Part shown: positions 33,096-44,035 of the stretch, piece after piece
Position numbering within the stretch: the first letter of the stretch is position 1
Layout: each line of letters starts with the position of its first letter
Origin: an uncultured Candidatus Rokubacteria bacterium
GTDB taxonomy: Bacteria > Methylomirabilota > Methylomirabilia > Rokubacteriales > CSP1-6
Assembly: GCA_963762145.1 (NCBI GenBank)
Contig: CAVXJS010000013.1
Location: forward strand, 1-64,000
Direction of reading: 5' to 3'
DNA: 64,000 nt
Notes under the pieces: generated by a model
What the model was told of the DNA's origin: nothing
Database searches by the model: none
Seen by the model: only the letters and a program-made list of their open reading frames with translations
Program-made: the position numbers and the translations under genes

Positions 33096-34045
33096 ACGCC
33101 GCGCTCCGGGTGGCCTGGCTCGCGGAGGCGCTCGCGCTCGCGATCGCCCTCGCGGGGCCTTCGTGGTGGCCGCTCGCCCTCCTTGCGCACGTGGCCGCCG
33201 CGTGGCTGGCCGGCCGCGGGCTCGGCGACGGCCGGCGCGACGCCCGGTTCCTCTCCGCGTCGCTCGTGCTCGCCATGCCCGGGCTCGGCCTGATCGGGCT
33301 CAGCGTGATTCGCGCCTGGCGCCGGCGCGCGGCGCCGGCCGGGATGTACGCGGGCGCACACTCGGAGATGGCGGGGCTGCCGGGGCCGGGGCAGACGCCC
33401 GAGCCGGTGGACCGCGTCCTCGACTGGCTGCAGGCGCAGGTCTCGGTGCAGCCGGTGGCGGACCTCATCCGCGCCCCCGATCCGCGCACGCAGCGCTGGG
33501 GCGTGGGTCTGCTCGCCAAGCGGGGCGACGGCGCGGCGGTGGAGCTGCTGCGCGAGGCGCTGCGGGCCGACGATCGCGATACGCAGATCGCGGCCTCGGG
33601 CGCGCTGCAGCGGGTCGAGGAGCGGCTGGTGGCACGGATCGCGCTGGCCCAGGAGCAGCTCCAGCTCGACCCGGAGTCGCCCGAGCGGCTCATGGCGGTG
33701 GGCGACGCGTGCGTGGCCTACCAGGAGAGCCGGCTGCTGGAGGCGGCGATGGGCCGCCACTGGCTCGGCGAGGCGGAGGCCGCGTACCGGGCGGCCCGCG
33801 CACGCCGGCCGGAGTGGGCCCCGCCGGCCCTCGCGCTGGCCCGGGTGCGGTTAGCCCAGGGTGAGGTGGCGGAGGCGGAGGCGCTCGCCGCGGAGGCCCG
33901 CGTGGCCGCGCCGTCCACCGAGGCGGACCTGCTGCTCTCGGAGATCTTCTTCACGCAGGGCCGCTGGAGCGACCTGCGGGCGGTCTCGCGGGACGCGGTG
34001 GCCGCCGGCCGCGCCGACGAGACTCTCACGTGGTGGGCGGCGTGA
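33092..34045 (+). CDS. pelE: PelE-like membrane HEAT/TPR protein; start CTG 33092 or GTG 33110
   Basis: TM segments with LAMPGLG; ELLREALRADDRDTQIAA HEAT motif; TPR; C-terminal WW. Confidence 0.75.
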   Translation: MNAALRVAWLAEALALAIALAGPSWWPLALLAHVAAAWLAGRGLGDGRRDARFLSASLVLAMPGLGLIGLSVIRAWRRRAAPAGMYAGAHSEMAGLPGPGQTPEPVDRVLDWLQAQVSVQPVADLIRAPDPRTQRWGVGLLAKRGDGAAVELLREALRADDRDTQIAASGALQRVEERLVARIALAQEQLQLDPESPERLMAVGDACVAYQESRLLEAAMGRHWLGEAEAAYRAARARRPEWAPPALALARVRLAQGEVAEAEALAAEARVAAPSTEADLLLSEIFFTQGRWSDLRAVSRDAVAAGRADETLTWWAA

Positions 34046-35550
34046 CCGCGACGCCGACGGCGCCCGCCGACGTCTGCCTGATCCTCGAGGGCACGTATCC
34101 CTACGTGACCGGCGGGGTGTCGGGCTGGATCCATCAGCTCGTCAACGCGCTCCCCGAGCTGCGTTTCGCCATCTTCCACATCTCGGCGACGAGCGGGGAG
34201 GTGCACGAGCCGCGCTACAAGATGCCGCCCAACGTGGTGAGCCTGGTGGACGTTGGCATCCACGGCGGCGACGAGCCGAAGGGCACGAGCCACACGATGG
34301 ATCCGGTCTCGTGGGAGACGATCCACCGCTACCACGAGGAGCTCAAGGACGGCCGGGCCGACGGGCTCGGCGATCTCCTCACGCAGATCTCCCCGCACCG
34401 GGGCGCCGGTCCGTCGGTCCATGACTACATCTACGGCAAGCCCTCGTGGGACGTCGTGCGGCGCCTCTACGAGAGCCGGGCCCCCCACATCTCGTTCCTC
34501 GACTACTTCTGGACGTGGCGGTTCACCCACCTGCCGATGTTCCGGCTGCTCCACGCGCCGGTGCCGGAGGCCGCGCTCTACCACACCGTCTCCACCGGCT
34601 GGGCCGGGCTGGTGGCCGCGACCCAGCGCGTGCGCCACGGCCGGCCGATGCTGCTCACCGAGCACGGCATCTACTCGCGCGAGCGGCGGATGGAGATCGA
34701 CCAGGCGGAGTGGATCTACGTGCAGCAGCAGGCGCCCATGACGCTGTCGGCGGGGCCGGGCTTCTTCAAGGAGCTGTGGACCCGGCTCTTCGAGCACCTC
34801 TCGCGCATCACCTACGCGCACGCCGACCGCATCGTCACGATCTTCGAGGGCAATCGCCAGGCCCAGATCCGCGACGGGGCGGACCCGGCCAAGACGCAGG
34901 TGGTGCCGAACGGCATCAACATGGAGCCGCTCGCCGCGCTGCCGCGCGTGGCGGCGGGGCCGGGCGAGTTCCGCATCGGCTTCGTGGGGCGCGTGGTCCC
35001 GATCAAGGACGTGAAGACCTTCATCCGCGCGGTCAAGATCGTGAGCGCGGCCCTGCCCGGCGCGACCGCGGTGATCGCGGGGCCGGGCGACGAGGACCCC
35101 CAGTATCTCGACGAGTGCCGCGTGCTGGCCGCCACGCTCGGGATCACCGAGCGCGTGGAGTTCACCGGCCGCGTGGACGTCAAGCTGATCTACCCGCGCA
35201 TCGACGTGCTCGTGCTCACCAGCATCTCGGAGGGGTTGCCGCTCGTGATCCTGGAGGCGGCCGCGGCGGGCATCCCGGTGGTCTCCACCGACGTGGGCGC
35301 CTGCCGCGAGCTCCTCGAGGGGAGTCAGCCCGCGGACCGGGCGATCGGCCCGAGCGGGCTCGTGACCGGCCTCGCCGATCCGGGCGCCACCGCGCAGGCG
35401 ATGCTGACGCTCGCCCGCGATCCGGGATTGCGCGAGGAGATGGGCCGGGCGGCGCGGAACCGGGTGCGCGCCCACTACCAGGAGTCGGACCTGATCCGGC
35501 GCTACCGCGAGATCTACACCGACATGATCGGGCCGCGGGCGGCACGGTAG
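34042..35550 (+). CDS. pelF: PelF GT4 glycosyltransferase (DUF3492 + GT-B)
   Basis: LILEGTYPYVTGGVSGW, HTVSTGWAG, LTEHGIYSRER, GRVVPIKDVKTFI, TSISEGLPL. Confidence 0.95.
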   Translation: MTATPTAPADVCLILEGTYPYVTGGVSGWIHQLVNALPELRFAIFHISATSGEVHEPRYKMPPNVVSLVDVGIHGGDEPKGTSHTMDPVSWETIHRYHEELKDGRADGLGDLLTQISPHRGAGPSVHDYIYGKPSWDVVRRLYESRAPHISFLDYFWTWRFTHLPMFRLLHAPVPEAALYHTVSTGWAGLVAATQRVRHGRPMLLTEHGIYSRERRMEIDQAEWIYVQQQAPMTLSAGPGFFKELWTRLFEHLSRITYAHADRIVTIFEGNRQAQIRDGADPAKTQVVPNGINMEPLAALPRVAAGPGEFRIGFVGRVVPIKDVKTFIRAVKIVSAALPGATAVIAGPGDEDPQYLDECRVLAATLGITERVEFTGRVDVKLIYPRIDVLVLTSISEGLPLVILEAAAAGIPVVSTDVGACRELLEGSQPADRAIGPSGLVTGLADPGATAQAMLTLARDPGLREEMGRAARNRVRAHYQESDLIRRYREIYTDMIGPRAAR

Positions 35551-35556
35551 CCGGCG

Positions 35557-36973
35557 ATGGCGGGCATCGGCTTCCGGCTCAAGCGCCTCATCGTCGAGGA
35601 CAGCAGCACCGGCTGGCTGCGCGCCCACCTCTACGGCGCGGTCCTCTCGGCGGGGCCGTGGCTGCTCTCGATCTGCACGCTCGGGACCCTGGCCCTGTTC
35701 TCCCGCGACCTGATCGGGGAGGCGGCGCACGCGCGCTTCCAGGCGATCGTGGTCTACACCTACACGTTCTCGCTGATCACCACCGGCGCCGCCCACATGG
35801 TGGTGACGCGCCATCTCGCCGACGAGCTCTACGTGGGCCGCCTCGGGACCCTGGTGGTCTCGTACCGCTTCACGGTCGGATGGACCGCGCTGGCGCACCT
35901 CGTGCTCGGCGGGCTGTTCTACGCCCTCGCGCCGGGGCTCGACCCGGGCCTGCGCCTGTTCGGGGTCATGCTGCTGGTGGTGGTGTCGTGCACCTGGATG
36001 GTGATGATCTACCTCGGCGCGGCCCAGGACTACGCGAGCGTGGTGACCGCCTTCTTCGCGGGCAACGTGGTGAGCCTGGTCGCGGCCCTGGCGCTCGGCC
36101 ACTGGGTCGGCCTGAGCGGGCACCTGGGCGGATTCCTGCTCGGCCAGGCGGGCATCCTCTTCGTGCTGTGCGCGCGGGTGGAGCGCGAGCTCGCCGCGGT
36201 GCGCGCGCCGGAGACGGTGGACCTCACCAGCGCCTTCGTCCGCTACCCGGATCTGATCGCGGCCGGGCTCCTCTACAACGCGGCCATCGCGGTCGACCGC
36301 ATCGCGTTCTGGATCGCGCCCACCGGCCGCACCATCGCGGGCTGGTTTCACGCCTCGCTCTACGACACCCCGATCTTCCTGTGCTACCTTTCGGTGGTGC
36401 CGTCGCTCGCCATCTTCCTCGTCAGCGTCGAGACCGACTTCTACGATCGCTATCGCGAGTACTACGGCGTGGCCACCAAGCACGGCACCCTGCAGCAGGT
36501 GCTCGAGGCCAAGCGGGCCATGACCGCCTGCCTGCGCGAGGGCCTGCGGCGCATGCTGGTGGTGCAGGCCCCGCTGACCCTGCTGCTCATGGTGCTCGCG
36601 CCGTGGATCGCGGCGGAGCTCGCGCTCGACGGGCTGCAGCATCGGGATCATGCGCTGCGGGCTCGTGGGCGCGCTGTTGCACGTGCTCTGCCTCTTCGGC
36701 GGCATCGTGCTGCTCTACTTCGACCGGCGCCGCGCGGCGGCCGAGGTCGCGGGGATCTTCCTGGCCGCCAACCTCGTCTTCACCGTGATCACCCTGCTGG
36801 TGGGCCCGCGCAGCTACGGGCTCGGCTACCCGCTCGCCGCGCTGCTCGGGTGCGCGTGGGCCTACCATCGCCTCGAGCAGACCCTCGATGATCTGGAGTA
36901 CCTGACGTTCGCGGCGCAGCCGATGGCGCCCGAGGCCCCGGCCGTCGAATCGAGCCCGACCGCAGCCGCCTGA
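35557..36973 (+). CDS. pelG: PelG exopolysaccharide transporter; one apparent frameshift near 36635
   Basis: MAGIGFRLKRL, SAGPWLLS, YDTPIFL, VETDFYDRYREYY; C-terminus LLYFDRR...LEYLTF in a second frame. Confidence 0.92.
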
Positions 36974-38644
36974 TGGCACACCGCTCGGCGGGCGAGGCCA
37001 CGCTGGTGGCGGCCCTCCTGGTCCTGCTCGCCGCCGCCATCGTCTATCCGCTGCTCCAGGTGCTGTCGGTGGCGGTCCTGGACGCAGGCGTGCCCACGCT
37101 GCGCCCGCTGTCGCGTTCTTCGGCGCGTCCGCTCTTCCGCGAGGCGTTCGTGAACACGCTGCTGGCGGGAGTGCTCGCGGTGGTGATCGGCAGCGTGATC
37201 GCGGTGCCGCTGGCGCTCCTCACCGTGCGCTACCGATTTCCGGGGCGGACGCTGGTCACGGTGCTGGGCGTGCTGCCGCTCGTGATCCCGCCCTTCGTGG
37301 GCGCGGTGGCCTTCCAGCAGATCCTGGGACGGAGCGGCGCGGTGAACCTGCTGCTGCGCGAGCACGCGGGCTTCACGATCCCGTTCATGGAGGGCCTCAC
37401 CGGGGTGGTGCTGGTGCAGAGCCTCCACTACTTTCCGTTCATCCTGCTCAACACCGCGGCCGCGCTGGCCGGCCTCGACCGCTCGCTCGAGGAGGCGGCC
37501 CAGAACCTCGGCAGCTCCGGCCTGCGCCTCTTCCGCCGCGTGCTGCTGCCGCTGGCCCTGCCGGGCTACGCGGCGGGCGCGCTGCTCACGTTCATCCGCG
37601 TCATCGACGACCTCGGCACGCCGCTCATGCTGAACTACACGAAGCTGCTCGCCCCGCAGGCCTACGTGCGGGTGACCACGATCGGCCTCACCGACGTGGA
37701 CGGCTACGTGATCTGCGTGATCCTGGTGGCGCTGTCGCTCGGCGCGCTGGCCCTCTCCAAGGCGATCCTGGCCCGCGGCGAGTTCGCCGCGCTCGGCCGG
37801 GCCGGCGAGGCGCCGCCGGTGGTGCTGGGCCCGCGCGGCGCGCTGGTGGCGTGGGGGCTCGTCGCGCTGCTGCTGGGCCCCGCGCTGCTGCCGCACGTGG
37901 GCATCCTGCTGCTGTCGGTCTCGAAGGTGTGGAGCCTGACCCCGACTCCGAGCGTCTACACCCTCGGCAACTACGAGGAGATCCTGGTCCGCTCGCCCCA
38001 GTTCATCGCCAACACGCTGCGCTACGCGGGGCTCGCCGCGCTGCTCGACGTGGCGCTGGGCGCGGTGATCGCCTGGCTCCTGCTCCGCGGCCGCGTGCGG
38101 GGCCGGCAGTGGCTCGACACGATCTCCACCGTGCCGCTCGCCATCCCCGGCGTGGTGCTCGCGGTCGGCTACCTGCGCGCCTTCGGCTCGCTCCGGGTGC
38201 CGGGCCTGGGCGACCCGCTCACCTCCACGTGGCTGATCCTGGTGATCGTGTACGCGGTGCGGCGGCTGCCCTACGCGGTGCGCGGGGCCTACGCGGCGCT
38301 CCAGCAGCTCTCGCCCGCGCTGGAGGAGGCGGCCCAGAATCTCGGGAGCCAATCGCCCGCGCACCTTCCGGCGCATCACGCTGCCGCTGATGATGCGCGG
38401 GCTGCTGGCGGGCGGGCTGCTCGCGTTCATCACCTCCGCGGTGGATCTCTCGTCCACGATCCTGCTGGTGCCGCGGGTGGAGCTGGGGCCGCTGTCGTAC
38501 GGCATCTATCTCTACATGCAGTCGGCGGTGGGCCGCGGCCCGGGCGCGGCGCTCGGCGTGGTCGCCATCGTGCTGGTGGCGGCCGGGACCTGGGCCGCTA
38601 CCGCGCTGGCGCGGCGCTCCGGCGCGGCGCTCTTCCGGAGCTGA
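36973..38644 (+). CDS. Fe3+-type ABC permease (FbpB-like); apparent frameshift near 38350
   Basis: Two LEEAAQNLG EAA motifs; IPPFVGA; DDLGTPL. Confidence 0.85.
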
Positions 38645-38647
38645 CGC

Positions 38648-39828
38648 GTGACGCTACGCGCGCGGACCTGGGTCCTGCCCGCCTCGATGCTGCTGGGCAC
38701 CTTCGCGTGGTCGTTCGTGTACGTGAGCCTGCCCTTCCACATCCAGAAGATGTCCACCCTGGACGCGGCGGCGACGCTGCGCTGGACCGGGTGGGTGCTC
38801 GGCATCAGCCCGCTCATCACGGTCATCACCGCGCCGATCTCGGGACGCATCGGCGAGCGCATCGATCCCAAGCGCGGCTTCATCGCGGTGCAGGCGTTCC
38901 AGGGGCTGGGCTTCCTCGGCATGGCGCTCGCGCGCACGCTGCCCGAGATGCTGGTGGCCCGCGTGCTCCTGGGCTTGATGGGCGCGGTGTCCACCTTCGC
39001 CTTCATCATGGTGGGCCGCTCCGGGGGCGACGTGCGCCGTCAGGTGTCCTACATCCAGTCGGGCATGACGCTGGGGCAGGTGCTGGGGCCGGCGGTGGGG
39101 GCGGTGGTCGCGGCGCGCCTCGGGTTCCGGCTCTCCTTCATCCTGGGCGGCGTGATGCTCTGGGCCTGCTCGGCCCTCGTGGCCTGGGGGGTGCCGCCCG
39201 GGCAGCCGCGCGACCGCGAAGGCCGCGGGCGAGCGGCGGACGTCGCTGCGCGAGCTCGTGACCGCGTGCCTGGTGGTGCTCACCGGGTCCACCCAGATCT
39301 TCTTCCTCGCCGCGATCCTCCCGCAGATTCTCCCGCCGCTCGGGCGTGTCCGGGGACGCCACGCTCGAGGTGAGCGGGTTCCTCCTCTTGATCACCGGGC
39401 TGGCCGCCGCGCTCGGGGCGATGGCGGCGCCGCGCCTGGCCGAGGTCGTCGGCGAGCGGCGCGCGCTGATCTGGTTCCTCCTGGGCTCGTCGGTGCTGGT
39501 GGCCGCGCTCGGGGTCGCGGGCGACGTGTGGAGCTTCGGGGTGCTCCGCTTCCTGCAGGTGCTCTGCATCGCGCCGGTGTTCCCGCTCTCGGTGGCGGCG
39601 ATCGCGCAGCGGGCGTCCGGGGAAGCCATCGGATTCGTCAACTCGGCGCGGATCGGCGCGGCCTTCATCGGGCCGGTGGTGGCGACGACGCTGCTCTCGT
39701 CCGATGCCGCCCGCCGCCGTCTACCTGGTGCTGGCCGGAATGGGGCTGTCGGTGATCCCGCTCGTGGCGCGGCTCAACCGTCGCGCGCGCCGCGGGCGCC
39801 GTGGGGCGAGGGAGGTCGGAGCGCGTGA
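38648..39828 (+). CDS. MFS transporter (MdtG/DHA1-like); several apparent frameshifts
   Basis: Motif A-like GRIGERIDPK; GQVLGPAVG; TM helices continuing across three frames. Confidence 0.8.
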
Positions 39829-40930
39829 GTCAGGACGAGCTGGTCCGGCTGTCGGAAGTGCGCATGGAGCACGTGGGCAAGCGCTACGGGGACCACTGGG
39901 CGGTGCAGGACGTCTCGCTCTCGATCCGGCCCGGGGAGTTCTACACGCTGCTGGGGCCGTCCGGCTGCGGCAAGACCACGCTGCTCCGGCTGCTCGCCGG
40001 GTTCATCACCCCGGACACCGGCCGCATCGTCGTGGACGACGAGCCGATCGACCCGGTGCCGCCGTGGAAGCGCAATCTGGGCATGGTCTTCCAGCACTAC
40101 GCGCTGTGGCCGCACCTCTCCGTGTTCGAGAACGTGGCCTTCGGCCTCCGCGAGCGCGGCGTGAGCGGCGCCGCGCTCACCACGCGGGTGGCCGCGGCCC
40201 TCGGGCAGGTGGGCCTCGCCGGGTTCGAGACGCGGCGGCCGTCCCAGCTCTCGGGCGGCCAGCAGCAGCGGGTGGCCCTGGCGCGGACCCTCATCATCCA
40301 GCCGCGCCTGCTCCTGCTCGACGAGCCGCTCTCCAACCTGGACGCGGTGCTGCGCTCGCAGATGCGGCTCGAGCTGGCGCGGCTGCACCGCGACGTGGGG
40401 ATCACCACCATCTACGTCACCCACGACCAGGCGGAGGCCCTCGCGCTGTCCACCCGCATCGCGGTGCTGAGCCAGGGCCGGATCGTGCAGGAGGGCAAGC
40501 CGGAGGAGATCTACTGGCGGCCCCGCAACCGGTTCGTCGCCGAGTTCGTGGGCGCCGCCAACCTGGTGGCCGGTGCGGGTGCTGGAGGTGCGGGAGACTG
40601 GGCGTGGTGGTGGACGACCGCCGGCGGCTCGCGCATCCCGGTGGCCTCGGGCGGGCACAAGTGGGCGGTCGGCGACCGCGGCCTGCTCTGCCTCCGGCCG
40701 GAGGCGCTGCGACTCGAGGAGGCCGAGCGCGCGCGGGAGGCATCCGCGGCAAGGTGGCGGGCCACGTCTTCGAGGGCGCGCGCCAGCTCTACGACGTCAC
40801 GATCCCGGGCGGCACGGTCCGCGTGGAGATGATCACCTCCGCGCAGCAGGGCCGGAGCTTCAAGCCCGGCGACGACGTCAAGATCGAGATCTCCCCGGAG
40901 ACCAGCGTGCTGCTGCCCGACGAGCCGTAG
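39825..40930 (+). CDS. ABC ATP-binding subunit (PotA/FbpC-like); frameshifts in the TOBE region
   Basis: GPSGCGKTT, LSGGQQQR, LLLDEPLSNLD. Confidence 0.88.
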
Positions 40931-40964
40931 ACGGGTCGTGGGCGGACGACCGTCCGGCTGATTA

Positions 40965-41085
40965 CCGTTTAGTTCTTCAAGCTCTATCTAAATGCGGGGG
41001 CCCAGAAATGGCCCCCGCACTCCCCCAGTCTGCGGACGCTCGTTCCGGCGCTATCATGGCCCCCGCACTCCCCCAGTCTGCGGAC
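40965..41085 (+). repeat. REP-like palindromic element copy 1 (40965-41037) plus a tandem 30-bp partial duplicate (41056-41085)
   Basis: ccgtttagttcttcaagct...tgcggggg-c-cca-gaaa-tgg-cccccgca-ctcccccagtctgcggac; 41008-41037 identical to 41056-41085. Confidence 0.85.
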
Positions 41086-41127
41086 AATCGCGGCGTTTCG
41101 GTGTACTCTTCGGCCCCGGGGGGGCTC

Positions 41128-41443
41128 ATGACCGACATCAGCGCCGCAGGACCTGAAGGCGAAGCTGGATCGCCACGAGCCGATCGTGCTGCTCGATGTG
41201 CGCGAGGACTGGGAGACCGCGCTCTGCCGCCTGGAGAACGCGACGCACATTCCCATCGAGGAGATCGAGTTCCGCACCACCGAGCTCGATCCCGCCGACG
41301 AGATCGTGGTGTACTGCCACCACGGCGTGCGCAGCGCCGCGGTGGCCAACTTTCTCCGCCAGCAGGGATTCAAGGCGGTGAACCTGGCCGGGGGCCTGGA
41401 TTTCTGGGCCCGCGCGATCGACCCGAAGATGAAGCGATACTGA
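41128..41443 (+). CDS. Rhodanese domain protein; apparent +1 indel near 41145
   Basis: LLDVREDWE, VVYCHHGVRS, NLAGGLDFW...DP. Confidence 0.85.
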
Positions 41444-41499
41444 AGGGCGGGTGAGCCGAAGGCGAGCTGAGCAAATACAAGGAAAGAAGCAAGGGAGAT

Positions 41500-42276
41500 A
41501 TGCAGGCAAAGCCCGAGTTCGTCCGCGTAGACCGTGAAGACGGTGTCGCCTGGGTGACCCTCGACCGGCCCCCGCTGAACCTGATCGTGCCCGAGATGGT
41601 GGAGGGGATCCGCGCCACCTTCGACGCGCTCCGCCGAGATCCGAGCGTCCGCGCGGCCGTGATCACCGGCGCCGGGCGGGCCACCACCGGCGGCATGCAG
41701 CTCCAGGTGCTGCGCGAGCTCACCCCGGGCTCGGCCAAGGCGTTCATCGCGAGCCTGCACGAGGCGATCGGCCTGGTGCACGACGCGCCGTTCCCGACCA
41801 TCTGCATGATCAACGGGGCGTGCCTCGGGGCGGGCTTCGAGCTGGCGATGGCCTGTGATCTGCGCACCGCGGCCGCGGGGGCGCTCCTGGGGCTGCCGGA
41901 GATTCGCGTCGGTATCCCCTCGGTGATCGAGGCGGCGCTCTTGCCCGGCATGGTCGGGCCGGGGCGGGCCGCGGAGATCCTGCTGACCGGCGACCCGGTC
42001 ACCGCGGAGCAGGCGCTCGCGTGGGGGCTGGTGAACCGGGTCGCGCCGCCGGCGAGTCTGCGCGCGGTGACCGTGGAGCTGGTGGGGCGGATCGTCGAGT
42101 GCGCGCCCACCGCGGTCCGGCTGCAGAAGGAGCTGATCGTGCGCTGGCGAAACACGGATCAGCGCACCGCGGTGGAGTACGGGGTCAACGCGTTCGGACA
42201 GTCCTTCGCCACCGGCGAGCCCCGGGAGGCCATGGACGCGTACCTCGGCAAGCGCAAGCCCCGCTTCGCTTCGTGA
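41500..42276 (+). CDS. Enoyl-CoA hydratase/isomerase family protein
   Basis: INGACLGAGFELAMACDLR, GLPEIRVG. Confidence 0.9.
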   Translation: MQAKPEFVRVDREDGVAWVTLDRPPLNLIVPEMVEGIRATFDALRRDPSVRAAVITGAGRATTGGMQLQVLRELTPGSAKAFIASLHEAIGLVHDAPFPTICMINGACLGAGFELAMACDLRTAAAGALLGLPEIRVGIPSVIEAALLPGMVGPGRAAEILLTGDPVTAEQALAWGLVNRVAPPASLRAVTVELVGRIVECAPTAVRLQKELIVRWRNTDQRTAVEYGVNAFGQSFATGEPREAMDAYLGKRKPRFAS

Positions 42277-43028
42277 TCCGTCTCGTCACGTTCGACTTCT
42301 GGGACACTCTCGTCACCGATTCCCCCGAGAACCTCCGCGCCCAGCGCGCGCTCCGCGTCGCCGCGATCCGGCGGGCGCTCGGGGAGGCGGGGGCCCCCGT
42401 GAGCGAGACGGAGGCGGAGGAGATCCACGAGCGCTCGGGCGAGGCGCTCGTCGAGCGCTTCTGGGGCCTTCACCGCGACCCGAGCCCTGACGAGCAGCTC
42501 CGGATCGTGCTGGATACCGGGCGCCCCGGCGCCGCGGCGCGCCTCGATCCCGGCGCGTTCGCCGTGGCGCTCAACGGCTACATCAGCCCGGTGCTGGCCC
42601 ATCCGCCGGACCTCTGTCCCGGCGCGGATCGCGCGGTGCGGGAGCTGGCCGCGCGCGGTGTGAGCCTCGGCATCGTCTCCAACACCGGCCGGACGCCGGG
42701 GGTGATCCTGCGCCGGGTGCTCGAGCGCCACGGCCTCCTCGGCTACTTCGGCGCGATCTCGTACTCGGACGAGGTCGGCTTCCGCAAGCCGGAGGCCCGG
42801 ATCTTTCACGCCACGCTCGAGCGCGCCGGGGTGGCGCCGGGCCAGGCGGTGCACATCGGCGACAACCCGGACGCCGACGTGGTCGGGGCCCACGGCGTCG
42901 GCATGCGGGCCGCGCACTACACCGCGGGCTTCCGTCGTCCGTCGGCCGAGGCCGATCTCGTGATCGCCGACCTCGCCATGCTCCCGGACGCGGTTTTTCG
43001 CGTTGCGCCACGCGAGCCCGGCGGGTAA
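42273..43028 (+). CDS. HAD-IA hydrolase
   Basis: FDFWDTL, GIVSNT, RKPEARIF, HIGDNPDADV. Confidence 0.88.
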   Translation: MIRLVTFDFWDTLVTDSPENLRAQRALRVAAIRRALGEAGAPVSETEAEEIHERSGEALVERFWGLHRDPSPDEQLRIVLDTGRPGAAARLDPGAFAVALNGYISPVLAHPPDLCPGADRAVRELAARGVSLGIVSNTGRTPGVILRRVLERHGLLGYFGAISYSDEVGFRKPEARIFHATLERAGVAPGQAVHIGDNPDADVVGAHGVGMRAAHYTAGFRRPSAEADLVIADLAMLPDAVFRVAPREPGG

Positions 43029-43040
43029 CATTCCTGCGCC

Positions 43041-43565
43041 ATGGACCTCAACGAGCTGCGCGGAAAGATCCGCGACATCAAGGATTTCCCGACCGAGGGC
43101 ATCCTGTTCAAGGACATCACCACGCTACTCAAGGACGGCCCGGCGTGGGCCTCCGTGATCGATCATCTGGCCGAGCGCTATCACGGCGAGCGGGTGGAGC
43201 TCGTGGTGGGGGTGGAGTCGCGGGGCTTCATCTTCGGCGGCGCGCTCGCGCACGAGCTCAAGGCGGGCTTCGTGCCGGTGCGCAAACGAGGCAAGCTGCC
43301 CGCGCCCACGATCGAGGAAGAGTACGAGCTCGAGTACGGGCGCGATGTGCTGGCCATCCACGAGGATGCGGTCCGCAAGGGCCAGCGCGTGCTGGTGGTG
43401 GACGACCTCCTGGCCACCGGCGGGACCATGGCCGCGACGCTCCGGCTCCTCGGGCGCCTCGGGGCCACCGTCGTGGGGACCGCGTTCCTGATCGAGCTGG
43501 CCTTCCTCAAGGGGCGCGACCGGCTTGTCGGCCACCGGATCGACTCCCTGATCGTCTACGAGTAG
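43041..43565 (+). CDS. apt: Adenine phosphoribosyltransferase
   Basis: DFPTEGILFKDITTLL, ESRGF, VDDLLATGGT. Confidence 0.96.
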   Translation: MDLNELRGKIRDIKDFPTEGILFKDITTLLKDGPAWASVIDHLAERYHGERVELVVGVESRGFIFGGALAHELKAGFVPVRKRGKLPAPTIEEEYELEYGRDVLAIHEDAVRKGQRVLVVDDLLATGGTMAATLRLLGRLGATVVGTAFLIELAFLKGRDRLVGHRIDSLIVYE

Positions 43566-43607
43566 CCGGCCGCAAGTGGTTGTATGATGGGGGGCGGGAG
43601 GCGATCC

Positions 43608-43955
43608 ATGACGGAACGGACCTGGCTGGGAGCGATGATGATCGTGGTGACGGGCCTGGTGGCGCCCGTGGGCCTGGGGGCGGCCGAGCCCGAGCAGAAG
43701 GCGGTGGCGCCCCTCATCCTGAACCTGATGAACCGCCCCGTGGAGTCTCGTGAGCGGGCCTATACCGAGGACATCAAGCGCGATGCGCTGGCGCCCCGTC
43801 CGTCGGCCGTCGACGAGTGGGAGCCGCAGCCCGACGGCTCCATGAAGAACAAGAAAACCGGGATCAGCGTGACGGTCCGGAATCCGTGCCCCGCCGGAGA
43901 CATCGATCACGAGTTCGCGCTGGCCGCGTACAATCGGTCGCGCCCCCGCCGCTGA
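43608..43955 (+). CDS. Hypothetical exported protein
   Basis: GGAGG RBS; signal-peptide-like N-terminus. Confidence 0.6.
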   Translation: MTERTWLGAMMIVVTGLVAPVGLGAAEPEQKAVAPLILNLMNRPVESRERAYTEDIKRDALAPRPSAVDEWEPQPDGSMKNKKTGISVTVRNPCPAGDIDHEFALAAYNRSRPRR

Positions 43956-44035
43956 CCGTCGAGCAGATTCCTCCCATTCGAGACTGACGCCGCCCCCGGG
44001 CCACCGGAGACGGTTGTGACCAGGAGACGCCAGGC

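Noticed and set aside
41008-41085. Mini CRISPR array
   Set aside because: Only two repeats, an 18-bp spacer, no cas genes, and the repeat is part of the dispersed palindromic element.
32380-41150. Frameshifts in pelD, pelG, the permease, MFS, ATPase and rhodanese as phase variation or decay
   Set aside because: Indels cluster regionally across unrelated genes, with no in-frame stops or long slippery tracts; likely sequencing errors. Short-read polishing would settle it.
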